The notes under the pieces: generated by a model
The model's input: only the letters and a program-made list of their open reading frames with translations
Databases searched by the model: none
What the model was told of the DNA's origin: nothing
Translations under genes and position numbers: made by a program
In this document: piece by piece, positions 41,831 to 56,800 of the stretch
How positions within the stretch are numbered: position 1 is the first letter of the stretch
How the letters are laid out: each line of letters begins with the position of its first letter
Source: Eledone cirrhosa
Lineage: Eukaryota
DNA: 64,000 bases
Direction of reading: 5' to 3'
NCBI GenBank assembly: GCA_964016885.1
Contig: OZ024761.1
Location: 10,230,001 to 10,294,000 of the forward strand

Positions 41831-44800
41831 ACTCTCTTTAAATACTCCCAACAAGAGCTACTCTCTTTAAATACTCCCAACGAGAGCCACTCTCTTTAAA
41901 TACTCCCAACGAGAGCCACTCTCTTTAAATACTCCCAACAAGAGCCACTCTCTTTAAATACTCTCAACAAGAGCCACTCTCTTTAAATACTCCCAACGAG
42001 AGCCACTCTCTTTAAATACTCCCAACAAGAGCCACTCTCTTTAAATACTCCCAACGAGAGCCACTCTCTTTAAATACTCCCAACAAGAGCCACTCTCTTT
42101 AAATACTCTCAACAAGAGCCACTCTCTTTAAATACTCCCAACAAGAGCCACTCTCTTTAAATACTCCCAACAAGAACCACTCTCTTTAAATACTCCCAAC
42201 AAGAGCCACTCTCTTTAAATACTCCCAACGAGAGCCACTCTCTTTAAATACTCCCAACGAGAGCCACTCTCTTTAAATACTCCCAACAAGAGCCACTCTC
42301 TTTAAATACTCTCAACAAGAGCCACTCTCTTTAAATACTCCCAACGAGAGCCACTCTCTTTAAATACTCCCAACAAGAGCTACTCTCTTTAAATACTCTC
42401 AACAAGAGCCACTCTCTTTAAATACTCTCAACAAGAGCCACTCTCTTTAAATACTCCCAACAAGAGCCACTCTCTTTAAATACTCCCAACAAGAGCCACT
42501 CTCTTTAAATACTCTCAACGAGAGCCACTCTCTTTAAATACTCTCAACAAGAGCCACTCTCTTTAAATACTCCCAACGAGAGCCACTCTCTTTAAATACT
42601 CTCAACGAGAGCCACTCTCTTTAAATACTCTCAACAAGAGCCACTCTCTTTAAATACTCCCAACGAGAGCGACTCTCTTTAAATACTCCCAACGAGAGCC
42701 ACTCTCTTTAAATACTCTCAACGAGAACCACTCTCTTTAAATACTCCCAACAAGAGCCACTCTCTTTAAATACTCTCAACGAGAGCCACTCTCTTTAAAT
42801 ACTCTCAACAAGAGCCACTCTCTTTAAATACTCTCAACGAGAGCCACTCTCTTTAAATACTCCCAACAAGAGCCACTCTCTTTAAATACTCTCAACGAGA
42901 GCCACTCTCTTTAAATACTCTCAACAAGAGCCACTCTCTTTAAATACTCCCAACATGAGCCACTCTCTTTAAATACTCTCAACAAGAACCACTCTCTTTA
43001 AATACTCTCAACAAGAGCCACTCTCTTTAAATACTCTCAACAAGAGCCACTCTCTTTAAATACTCTCAACAAGAACCACTCTCTTTAAATACTCCCAACA
43101 AGAGCCACTCTCTTTAAATACTCCCAACAAGAACCACTCTCTTTAAATACTCTCAACAAGAGCCACTCTCTTTAAATACTCTCAACAAGAGCCACTCTCT
43201 TTAAATACTCTCAACATGAGCCACTCTCTTTAAATACTCTCAACAAGAACCACTCTCTTTAAATACTCCCAACAAGAGCCACTCTCTTTAAATACTCCCA
43301 ACAAGAACCACTCTCTTTAAATACTCCCAACAAGAGCCACTCTCTTTAAATACTCCCAACAAGAACCACTCTCTTTAAATACTCCCAACAAGAGCCACTC
43401 TCTTTAAATACTCCCAACAAGAGCCACTCTCTTTAAATACTCTCAACGAGAGCCACTCTCTTTAAATACTTCCAACAAGAACCACTCTCTTTAAATACTC
43501 TCAACAAGAGCCACTCTCTTTAAATACTCTCAACAAGAGCCACTCTCTTTAAATACTCCCAACGAGAGCCACTCTCTTTAAATACTCCCAACGAGAGCCA
43601 CTCTCTTTAAATACTCCCAACAAGAGCCACTCTCTTTAAATACTCCCAACGAGAGCCACTTTTTTTAATACTCTCAACAAGAGCCACTCTCTTTAAATAC
43701 TCCCAACAAGAGCCACTCTCTTTAAATACTCCCAACGAGAGCCACTCTCTTTAAATACTCTCAACGAGAGCCACTCTCTTTAAATACTCCCAACGGGAGC
43801 CACTCTCTTTAAATACTCCCAACGAGAGCCACTCTTTTTAAATACTCTCAACAAGAGCCACTCTCTTTAAATACTCCCAACGAGAGCCACTCTCTTTAAA
43901 TACTCCCAACGAGAGCCACTCTCTTTAAATACTCTCAACGAGAGCCACTCTCTTTAAATACTCTCAACAAGAGCCACTCTCTTTAAATACTCCCAACAAG
44001 AGCCACTCTCTTTAAATACTCCCAACAAGAGCCACTCTCTTTAAATACTCCCAACAAGAGCCACTCTCTTTAAATACTCTCAACGAGAGCCACTCTCTTT
44101 AAATACTCTCAACAAGAGCCACTCTCTTTAAATACTCCCAACAAGAGCCACTCTCTTTAAATACTCCCAACGAGAGCCACTCTCTTTAAATACTCCCAAC
44201 GAGAGCCACTCTCTTTAAATACTCCCAACAAGAGCCACTCTCTTTAAATACTCTCAACAAGAGCCACTCTCTTTAAATACTCCCAACAAGAGCCACTCTC
44301 TTTAAATACTCTCAACAAGAGCCACTCTCTTTAAATACTCCCAACAAGAGCCACTCTCTTTAAATACTCTCAACAAGAGCCACTCTCTTTAAATACTCTC
44401 AACAAGAGCCACTCTCTTTAAATACTCCCAACAAGAGCCACTCTCTTTAAATACTCTCAACAAGAGCCACTCTCTTTAAATACTCTCAACGAGAGCCACT
44501 CTCTTTAAATACTCCCAACGAGAGCCACTCTCTTTAAATACTCTCAACAAGAGCCACTCTATTTAAATACTCCCAACGAGAGCCACTCTATTTAAATACT
44601 CCCAACGAGAGCCACTCTCTTTAAATACTCTCAACAAGAGCCACTCTCTTTAAATACTCCCAACAAGAGCCACTCTCTTTAAATACTCTCAACAAGAGCC
44701 ACTCTCTTTAAATACTCTCAACGAGAGCCACTCTCTTTAAATACTCCCAACGAGAGCCACTCTCTTTAAATACTCTCAACAAGAGCCACTTAATTTAAAT

Positions 44801-47800
44801 ACTCCCAACGAGAGCCACTCTATTTAAATACTCCCAACGAGAGCCACTCTCTTTAAATACTCTCAACAAGAGCCACTCTCTTTAAATACTCCCAACAAGA
44901 GCCACTCTCTTTAAATACTCTCAACGAGAGCCACTCTCTTTAAATACTCCCAACGAGAGCCACTCTCTTTAAATACTCTCAACAAGAGCCACTCTCTTTA
45001 AATACTCCCAACGAGAGCCACTCTCTATAAATACTCCCAACAAGAGCCATTCTCTTTAAATACTCCCAACAAGAACCACTCTCTTTAAATACTCCCAACA
45101 AGAGCCACTCTCTTTAAATACTCCCAACAAGAGCCACTCTCTTTAAATACTCTCAACGAGAGCCACTCTCTTTAAATACTCCCAACGAGAACCACTCTCT
45201 TTAAATACTTCCAACGAGAGTCACTCTCTTTAAATACTCCCAACGAGAGCCACTCTCTTTAAATACTCCCAACAAGAGCCAGTCTCTTTAAATACTCCCA
45301 ACAAGAGCCACTCTCTTTAAATACTCTCAACGAGAGCCACTCTCTTTAAATACTCCCAACAAGAGCCAATCTCTTTAAATACTCCCAACGAGAGCCACTC
45401 TCTTTAAATACTCCCAACGAGAGCCACTCTCTTTAAATACTCCCAACGAGAGCCACTCTCTGTAAATACTCCCAACAAGAGCCACTCTCTTTAAATACTC
45501 TCAACAAGAACCACTCTCTTTAAATACTTACAACGAGAGTCACTCTCTTTAAATACTCCCAACGAGAGCCACTCTCTTTAAATACTCTCAACAAGAGCCA
45601 CTCTATTTAAATACTCCCAACGAGAGCCACTCTCTTTAAATACTCCCAACAAGAGCCACTCTCTTTAAATACTCCCAACAAGAGCCACTCTCTTTAAATA
45701 CTCCCAACAAGAGCCACTCTCTTTAAATACTCTCAACGAGAGCCACTCTCTTTAAATACTCTCAACAAGAGCCACTCTCTTTAAATACTCCCAACAAGAG
45801 CCACTCTCTTTAAATACTCCCAACGAGAGCCACTCTCTTTAAATACTCCCAACGAGAGCCACTCTCTTTAAATACTCCCAACGAGAGCCACTCTCTTTAA
45901 ATACTCCCAACAAGAGCCACTCTCTTTAAATACTCCCAACAAGAGCCACTCTCTTTAAATACTCTCAACGAGAGCCACTCTCTTTAAATACTCTCAACAA
46001 GAGCCACTCTCTTTAAATACTCCCAACGAGAGCCACTCTCTTTAAATACTCTCAACGAGAGCCACTCTCTTTAAATACTCTCAACAAGAGCCACTCTCTT
46101 TAAATACTCCCAACGAGAGCGACTCTCTTTAAATACTCCCAACGAGAGCCACTCTCTTTAAATACTCTCAACGAGAACCACTCTCTTTAAATACTCCCAA
46201 CAAGAGCCACTCTCTTTAAATACTCTCAACGAGAGCCACTCTCTTTAAATACTCTCAACAAGAGCCACTCTCTTTAAATACTCTCAACGAGAGCCACTCT
46301 CTTTAAATACTCCCAACAAGAGCCACTCTCTTTAAATACTCTCAACGAGAGCCACTCTCTTTAAATACTCTCAACAAGAGCCACTCTCTTTAAATACTCC
46401 CAACATGAGCCACTCTCTTTAAATACTCTCAACAAGAACCACTCTCTTTAAATACTCTCAACAAGAGCCACTCTCTTTAAATACTCTCAACAAGAGCCAC
46501 TCTCTTTAAATACTCTCAACAAGAACCACTCTCTTTAAATACTCCCAACAAGAGCCACTCTCTTTAAATACTCCCAACAAGAACCACTCTCTTTAAATAC
46601 TCTCAACAAGAGCCACTCTCTTTAAATACTCTCAACAAGAGCCACTCTCTTTAAATACTCTCAACATGAGCCACTCTCTTTAAATACTCTCAACAAGAAC
46701 CACTCTCTTTAAATACTCCCAACAAGAGCCACTCTCTTTAAATACTCCCAACAAGAACCACTCTCTTTAAATACTCCCAACAAGAGCCACTCTCTTTAAA
46801 TACTCCCAACAAGAACCACTCTCTTTAAATACTCCCAACAAGAGCCACTCTCTTTAAATACTCCCAACAAGAGCCACTCTCTTTAAATACTCTCAACGAG
46901 AGCCACTCTCTTTAAATACTTCCAACAAGAACCACTCTCTTTAAATACTCTCAACAAGAGCCACTCTCTTTAAATACTCTCAACAAGAGCCACTCTCTTT
47001 AAATACTCCCAACGAGAGCCACTCTCTTTAAATACTCCCAACGAGAGCCACTCTCTTTAAATACTCCCAACAAGAGCCACTCTCTTTAAATACTCCCAAC
47101 GAGAGCCACTTTTTTTAATACTCTCAACAAGAGCCACTCTCTTTAAATACTCCCAACAAGAGCCACTCTCTTTAAATACTCCCAACGAGAGCCACTCTCT
47201 TTAAATACTCTCAACGAGAGCCACTCTCTTTAAATACTCCCAACGGGAGCCACTCTCTTTAAATACTCCCAACGAGAGCCACTCTTTTTAAATACTCTCA
47301 ACAAGAGCCACTCTCTTTAAATACTCCCAACGAGAGCCACTCTCTTTAAATACTCCCAACGAGAGCCACTCTCTTTAAATACTCTCAACGAGAGCCACTC
47401 TCTTTAAATACTCTCAACAAGAGCCACTCTCTTTAAATACTCCCAACAAGAGCCACTCTCTTTAAATACTCCCAACAAGAGCCACTCTCTTTAAATACTC
47501 CCAACAAGAGCCACTCTCTTTAAATACTCTCAACGAGAGCCACTCTCTTTAAATACTCTCAACAAGAGCCACTCTCTTTAAATACTCCCAACAAGAGCCA
47601 CTCTCTTTAAATACTCCCAACGAGAGCCACTCTCTTTAAATACTCCCAACGAGAGCCACTCTCTTTAAATACTCCCAACAAGAGCCACTCTCTTTAAATA
47701 CTCTCAACAAGAGCCACTCTCTTTAAATACTCCCAACAAGAGCCACTCTCTTTAAATACTCTCAACAAGAGCCACTCTCTTTAAATACTCCCAACAAGAG

Positions 47801-50800
47801 CCACTCTCTTTAAATACTCTCAACAAGAGCCACTCTCTTTAAATACTCTCAACAAGAGCCACTCTCTTTAAATACTCCCAACAAGAGCCACTCTCTTTAA
47901 ATACTCTCAACAAGAGCCACTCTCTTTAAATACTCTCAACGAGAGCCACTCTCTTTAAATACTCCCAACGAGAGCCACTCTCTTTAAATACTCTCAACAA
48001 GAGCCACTCTATTTAAATACTCCCAACGAGAGCCACTCTATTTAAATACTCCCAACGAGAGCCACTCTCTTTAAATACTCTCAACAAGAGCCACTCTCTT
48101 TAAATACTCCCAACAAGAGCCACTCTCTTTAAATACTCTCAACAAGAGCCACTCTCTTTAAATACTCTCAACGAGAGCCACTCTCTTTAAATACTCCCAA
48201 CGAGAGCCACTCTCTTTAAATACTCTCAACAAGAGCCACTTAATTTAAATACTCCCAACGAGAGCCACTCTATTTAAATACTCCCAACGAGAGCCACTCT
48301 CTTTAAATACTCTCAACAAGAGCCACTCTCTTTAAATACTCCCAACAAGAGCCACTCTCTTTAAATACTCTCAACGAGAGCCACTCTCTTTAAATACTCC
48401 CAACGAGAGCCACTCTCTTTAAATACTCTCAACAAGAGCCACTCTCTTTAAATACTCCCAACGAGAGCCACTCTCTATAAATACTCCCAACAAGAGCCAT
48501 TCTCTTTAAATACTCCCAACAAGAACCACTCTCTTTAAATACTCCCAACAAGAGCCACTCTCTTTAAATACTCCCAACAAGAGCCACTCTCTTTAAATAC
48601 TCTCAACGAGAGCCACTCTCTTTAAATACTCCCAACGAGAACCACTCTCTTTAAATACTTCCAACGAGAGTCACTCTCTTTAAATACTCCCAACGAGAGC
48701 CACTCTCTTTAAATACTCCCAACAAGAGCCAGTCTCTTTAAATACTCCCAACAAGAGCCACTCTCTTTAAATACTCTCAACGAGAGCCACTCTCTTTAAA
48801 TACTCCCAACAAGAGCCAATCTCTTTAAATACTCCCAACGAGAGCCACTCTCTTTAAATACTCCCAACGAGAGCCACTCTCTTTAAATACTCCCAACGAG
48901 AGCCACTCTCTGTAAATACTCCCAACAAGAGCCACTCTCTTTAAATACTCTCAACAAGAACCACTCTCTTTAAATACTTCCAACGAGAGTCACTCTCTTT
49001 AAATACTCCCAACGAGAGCCACTCTCTTTAAATACTCTCAACAAGAGCCACTCTATTTAAATACTCCCAACGAGAGCCACTCTCTTTAAATACTCCCAAC
49101 AAGAGCCACTCTCTTTAAATACTCCCAACAAGAGCCACTCTCTTTAAATACTCCCAACAAGAGCCACTCTCTTTAAATACTCTCAACGAGAGCCACTCTC
49201 TTTAAATACTCTCAACAAGAGCCACTCTCTTTAAATACTCCCAACAAGAGCCACTCTCTTTAAATACTCCCAACGAGAGCCACTCTCTTTAAATACTCCC
49301 AACGAGAGCCACTCTCTTTAAATACTCCCAACGAGAGCCACTCTCTTTAAATACTCCCAACAAGAGCCACTCTCTTTAAATACTCTCAACAAGAACCACT
49401 CTCTTTAAATACTTCCAACGAGAGTCACTCTCTTTAAATACTCCCAACAAGAGCCACTCTCTTTAAATACTCTCAACAAGAACCACTCTCTTTAAATACT
49501 TCCAACGAGAGCCACTCTCTTTAAATACTCCCAACGAGAGCCACTCTCTTTAAATACTCTCAACGAGAGTCACTCTCTTTAAATACTCTCAACAAGAGCC
49601 ACTCTCTTTAAATACTCCCAACAAGAGCCACTCTCTTTAAATACTCCCAACAAGAGCCACTCTCTTTAAATACTCCCAACAAGAGCTACTCTCTTTAAAT
49701 ACTCTCAACAAGAGCCACTCTCTTTAAATACTCTCAACAAGAGCCACTCTCTTTAAATACTCCCAACAAGAGCCACTCTCTTTAAATACTCCCAACAAGA
49801 GCCACTCTCTTTAAATACTCTCAACGAGAGCCACTCTCTTTAAATACTCTCAACAAGAGCCACTCTCTTTAAATACTCCCAACGAGAGCCACTCTCTTTA
49901 AATACTCTCAACGAGAGCCACTCTCTTTAAATACTCTCAACAAGAGCCACTCTCTTTAAATACTCCCAACGAGAGCGACTCTCTTTAAATACTCCCAACG
50001 AGAGCCACTCTCTTTAAATACTCTCAACGAGAACCACTCTCTTTAAATACTCCCAACAAGAGCCACTCTCTTTAAATACTCTCAACGAGAGCCACTCTCT
50101 TTAAATACTCTCAACAAGAGCCACTCTCTTTAAATACTCTCAACGAGAGCCACTCTCTTTAAATACTCCCAACAAGAGCCACTCTCTTTAAATACTCTCA
50201 ACGAGAGCCACTCTCTTTAAATACTCTCAACAAGAGCCACTCTCTTTAAATACTCCCAACATGAGCCACTCTCTTTAAATACTCTCAACAAGAACCACTC
50301 TCTTTAAATACTCTCAACAAGAGCCACTCTCTTTAAATACTCTCAACAAGAGCCACTCTCTTTAAATTCTCTCAACAAGAACCACTCTCTTTAAATACTC
50401 CCAACAAGAGCCACTCTCTTTAAATACTCCCAACAAGAACCACTCTCTTTAAATACTCTCAACAAGAGCCACTCTCTTTAAATACTCTCAACAAGAGCCA
50501 CTCTCTTTAAATACTCTCAACATGAGCCACTCTCTTTAAATACTCTCAACAAGAACCACTCTCTTTAAATACTCCCAACAAGAGCCACTCTCTTTAAATA
50601 CTCCCAACAAGAACCACTCTCTTTAAATACTCCCAACAAGAGCCACTCTCTTTAAATACTCCCAACAAGAACCACTCTCTTTAAATACTCCCAACAAGAG
50701 CCACTCTCTTTAAATACTCCCAACAAGAGCCACTCTCTTTAAATACTCTCAACGAGAGCCACTCTCTTTAAATACTTCCAACAAGAACCACTCTCTTTAA

Positions 50801-53800
50801 ATACTCTCAACAAGAGCCACTCTCTTTAAATACTCTCAACAAGAGCCACTCTCTTTAAATACTCCCAACGAGAGCCACTCTCTTTAAATACTCCCAACGA
50901 GAGCCACTCTCTTTAAATACTCCCAACAAGAGCCACTCTCTTTAAATACTCCCAACGAGAGCCACTTTTTTTAATACTCTCAACAAGAGCCACTCTCTTT
51001 AAATACTCCCAACAAGAGCCACTCTCTTTAAATACTCCCAACGAGAGCCACTCTCTTTAAATACTCTCAACGAGAGCCACTCTCTTTAAATACTCCCAAC
51101 GGGAGCCACTCTCTTTAAATACTCCCAACGAGAGCCACTCTTTTTAAATACTCTCAACAAGAGCCACTCTCTTTAAATACTCCCAACGAGAGCCACTCTC
51201 TTTAAATACTCCCAACGAGAGCCACTCTCTTTAAATACTCTCAACGAGAGCCACTCTCTTTAAATACTCTCAACAAGAGCCACTCTCTTTAAATACTCCC
51301 AACAAGAGCCACTCTCTTTAAATACTCCCAACAAGAGCCACTCTCTTTAAATACTCCCAACAAGAGCCACTCTCTTTAAATACTCTCAACGAGAGCCACT
51401 CTCTTTAAATACTCTCAACAAGAGCCACTCTCTTTAAATACTCCCAACAAGAGCCACTCTCTTTAAATACTCCCAACGAGAGCCACTCTCTTTAAATACT
51501 CCCAACGAGAGCCACTCTCTTTAAATACTCCCAACAAGAGCCACTCTCTTTAAATACTCTCAACAAGAGCCACTCTCTTTAAATACTCCCAACAAGAGCC
51601 ACTCTCTTTAAATACTCTCAACAAGAGCCACTCTCTTTAAATACTCCCAACAAGAGCCACTCTCTTTAAATACTCTCAACAAGAGCCACTCTCTTTAAAT
51701 ACTCTCAACAAGAGCCACTCTCTTTAAATACTCCCAACAAGAGCCACTCTCTTTAAATACTCTCAACAAGAGCCACTCTCTTTAAATACTCTCAACGAGA
51801 GCCACTCTCTTTAAATACTCCCAACGAGAGCCACTCTCTTTAAATACTCTCAACAAGAGCCACTCTATTTAAATACTCCCAACGAGAGCCACTCTATTTA
51901 AATACTCCCAACGAGAGCCACTCTCTTTAAATACTCTCAACAAGAGCCACTCTCTTTAAATACTCCCAACAAGAGCCACTCTCTTTAAATACTCTCAACA
52001 AGAGCCACTCTCTTTAAATACTCTCAACGAGAGCCACTCTCTTTAAATACTCCCAACGAGAGCCACTCTCTTTAAATACTCTCAACAAGAGCCACTTTAT
52101 TTAAATACTCCCAACGAGAGCCACTCTATTTAAATACTCCCAACGAGAGCCACTCTCTTTAAATACTCTCAACAAGAGCCACTCTCTTTAAATACTCCCA
52201 ACAAGAGCCACTCTCTTTAAATACTCTCAACGAGAGCCACTCTCTTTAAATACTCCCAACGAGAGCCACTCTCTTTAAATACTCTCAACAAGAGCCACTC
52301 TCTTTAAATACTCCCAACGAGAGCCACTCTCTATAAATACTCCCAACAAGAGCCATTCTCTTTAAATACTCCCAACAAGAACCACTCTCTTTAAATACTC
52401 CCAACAAGAGCCACTCTCTTTAAATACTCCCAACAAGAGCCACTCTCTTTAAATACTCTCAACGAGAGCCACTCTCTTTAAATACTCCCAACGAGAACCA
52501 CTCTCTTTAAATACTTCCAACGAGAGTCACTCTCTTTAAATACTCCCAACGAGAGCCACTCTCTTTAAATACTCCCAACAAGAGCCAGTCTCTTTAAATA
52601 CTCCCAACAAGAGCCACTCTCTTTAAATACTCTCAACGAGAGCCACTCTCTTTAAATACTCCCAACAAGAGCCAATCTCTTTAAATACTCCCAACGAGAG
52701 CCACTCTCTTTAAATACTCCCAACGAGAGCCACTCTCTTTAAATACTCCCAACGAGAGCCACTCTCTGTAAATACTCCCAACAAGAGCCACTCTCTTTAA
52801 ATACTCTCAACAAGAACCACTCTCTTTAAATACTTCCAACGAGAGTCACTCTCTTTAAATACTCCCAACGAGAGCCACTCTCTTTAAATACTCTCAACAA
52901 GAGCCACTCTATTTAAATACTCCCAACGAGAGCCACTCTCTTTAAATACTCCCAACAAGAGCCACTCTCTTTAAATACTCCCAACAAGAGCCACTCTCTT
53001 TAAATACTCCCAACAAGAGCCACTCTCTTTAAATACTCTCAACGAGAGCCACTCTCTTTAAATACTCTCAACAAGAGCCACTCTCTTTAAATACTCCCAA
53101 CAAGAGCCACTCTCTTTAAATACTCCCAACGAGAGCCACTCTCTTTAAATACTCCCAACGAGAGCCACTCTCTTTAAATACTCCCAACGAGAGCCACTCT
53201 CTTTAAATACTCCCAACAAGAGCCACTCTCTTTAAATACTCTCAACAAGAACCACTCTCTTTAAATACTTCCAACGAGAGTCACTCTCTTTAAATACTCC
53301 CAACAAGAGCCACTCTCTTTAAATACTCTCAACAAGAACCACTCTCTTTAAATACTTCCAACGAGAGCCACTCTCTTTAAATACTCCCAACGAGAGCCAC
53401 TCTCTTTAAATACTCTCAACGAGAGTCACTCTCTTTAAATACTCTCAACAAGAGCCACTCTCTTTAAATACTCCCAACAAGAGCCACTCTCTTTAAATAC
53501 TCCCAACAAGAGCCACTCTCTTTAAATACTCCCAACGAGAACCACTCTCTTTAAATACTTCCAACGAGAGTCACTCTCTTTAAATACTCCCAACGAGAGC
53601 CACTCTCTTTAAATACTCCCAACAAGAGCCAGTCTCTTTAAATACTCCCAACAAGAGCCACTCTCTTTAAATACTCTCAACGAGAGCCACTCTCTTTAAA
53701 TACTCCCAACAAGAGCCAATCTCTTTAAATACTCCCAACGAGAGCCACTCTCTTTAAATACTCCCAACGAGAGCCACTCTCTTTAAATACTCCCAACGAG

Positions 53801-56800
53801 AGCCACTCTCTGTAAATACTCCCAACAAGAGCCACTCTCTTTAAATACTCTCAACAAGAACCACTCTCTTTAAATACTTCCAACGAGAGTCACTCTCTTT
53901 AAATACTCCCAACGAGAGCCACTCTCTTTAAATACTCTCAACGAGAGCCACTCTCTTTAAATACTCCCAACAAGAGCCACTCTCTTTAAATACTCCCAAC
54001 GAGAGCTACTCTCTTTAAATACTCCCAACAAGAGCCACTCTCTTTAAATACTCCCAACGAGACCCACTCTCTTTAAATACTCCCAACGAGAGCCACTTTC
54101 TTTAAATACTCCCAACAAGAGCCACTCTCTTTAAATACTCCCAACAAGAGCCACTCTCTTTAAATACTTCCAACGAGAGTCACTCTCTTTAAATACTCTC
54201 AACGAGAGCCACTCTCTTTAAATACTCCCAACAAGAGCCACTCTCTTTAAATACTCCCAACGAGAGCCACTCTCTTTAAATACTCCCAACGAGAGCCACT
54301 CTCTTTAAATACTCCCAACAAGAGCCACTCTCTTTAAATACTCCCAACAAGAGCCACTCTCTTTAAATACTCCCAACAAGAACCACTCTCTTTAAATACT
54401 TCCAACGAGAGTCACTCTCTTTAAATACTCTCAACGAGAGTCACTCTCTTTAAATACTCCCAACAAGAGCCACTCTCTTTAAATACTCCCAACAAGAGCC
54501 ACTCTCTTTAAATACTCTCAACAAGAACCACTCTCTTTAAATACTTCCAACGAGAGTCACTCTCTTTAAATACGTCCAACGAGAGCCACTCTCTTTAAAT
54601 ACTCCCAACGAGAGCCACTCTCTTTAAATACTCCCAACGAGAGCCACTCTCTTTAAATACTCCCAACGAGAGCCACTCTCTTTAAATACTCCCAACGAGA
54701 GCCACTCTCTTTAAATACTCCCAACGAGAGCCACTCTCTTTAAATACTCCCAACAAGAGCCACTCTCTTTAAATACTCCCAACGAGAGCCACTCTTTTTA
54801 AATACTCTCAACAAGAGCCACTCTCTTTAAATACTCCCAACAAGAGCCACTCTCTTTAAATACTCTCAACGAGAGCCACTCTCTTTAAATACTCCCAACG
54901 GGAGCCACTCTCTTTAAATACTCCCAACGAGAGCCACTCTTTTTAAATACTCTCAACAAGAGCCACTCTCTTTAAATACTCCCAACGAGAGCCACTCTCT
55001 TTAAATACTCCCAACGAGAGCCACTCTCTTTAAATACTCTCAACGAGAGCCACTCTCTTTAAATACTCTCAACAAGAGCCACTCTCTTTAAATACTCCCA
55101 ACAAGAGCCACTCTCTTTAAATACTCCCAACAAGAGCCACTCTCTTTAAATACTCCCAACAAGAGCCACTCTCTTTAAATACTCTCAACGAGAGCCACTC
55201 TCTTTAAATACTCTCAACAAGAGCCACTCTCTTTAAATACTCCCAACAAGAGCCACTCTCTTTAAATACTCCCAACGAGAGCCACTCTCTTTAAATACTC
55301 CCAACGAGAGCCACTCTCTTTAAATACTCCCAACGAGAGCCACTCTCTTTAAATACTCCCAACAAGAGCTACTCTCTTTAAATACTCCCAACGAGAGCCA
55401 CTCTCTTTAAATACTCCCAACGAGAGCCACTCTCTTTAAATACTCCCAACAAGAGCCACTCTCTTTAAATACTCTCAACAAGAGCCACTCTCTTTAAATA
55501 CTCCCAACGAGAGCCACTCTCTTTAAATACTCCCAACAAGAGCCACTCTCTTTAAATACTCCCAACGAGAGCCACTCTCTTTAAATACTCCCAACAAGAG
55601 CCACTCTCTTTAAATACTCTCAACAAGAGCCACTCTCTTTAAATACTCCCAACAAGAGCCACTCTCTTTAAATACTCCCAACAAGAACCACTCTCTTTAA
55701 ATACTCCCAACAAGAGCCACTCTCTTTAAATACTCCCAACGAGAGCCACTCTCTTTAAATACTCCCAACGAGAGCCACTCTCTTTAAATACTCCCAACAA
55801 GAGCCACTCTCTTTAAATACTCTCAACAAGAGCCACTCTCTTTAAATACTCCCAACGAGAGCCACTCTCTTTAAATACTCCCAACAAGAGCTACTCTCTT
55901 TAAATACTCTCAACAAGAGCCACTCTCTTTAAATACTCTCAACAAGAGCCACTCTCTTTAAATACTCCCAACAAGAGCCACTCTCTTTAAATACTCCCAA
56001 CAAGAGCCACTCTCTTTAAATACTCTCAACGAGAGCCACTCTCTTTAAATACTCTCAACAAGAGCCACTCTCTTTAAATACTCCCAACGAGAGCCACTCT
56101 CTTTAAATACTCTCAACGAGAGCCACTCTCTTTAAATACTCTCAACAAGAGCCACTCTCTTTAAATACTCCCAACGAGAGCGACTCTCTTTAAATACTCC
56201 CAACGAGAGCCACTCTCTTTAAATACTCTCAACGAGAACCACTCTCTTTAAATACTCCCAACAAGAGCCACTCTCTTTAAATACTCTCAACGAGAGCCAC
56301 TCTCTTTAAATACTCTCAACAAGAGCCACTCTCTTTAAATACTCTCAACGAGAGCCACTCTCTTTAAATACTCCCAACAAGAGCCACTCTCTTTAAATAC
56401 TCTCAACGAGAGCCACTCTCTTTAAATACTCTCAACAAGAGCCACTCTCTTTAAATACTCCCAACATGAGCCACTCTCTTTAAATACTCTCAACAAGAAC
56501 CACTCTCTTTAAATACTCTCAACAAGAGCCACTCTCTTTAAATACTCTCAACAAGAGCCACTCTCTTTAAATACTCTCAACAAGAACCACTCTCTTTAAA
56601 TACTCCCAACAAGAGCCACTCTCTTTAAATACTCCCAACAAGAACCACTCTCTTTAAATACTCTCAACAAGAGCCACTCTCTTTAAATACTCTCAACAAG
56701 AGCCACTCTCTTTAAATACTCTCAACATGAGCCACTCTCTTTAAATACTCTCAACAAGAACCACTCTCTTTAAATACTCCCAACAAGAGCCACTCTCTTT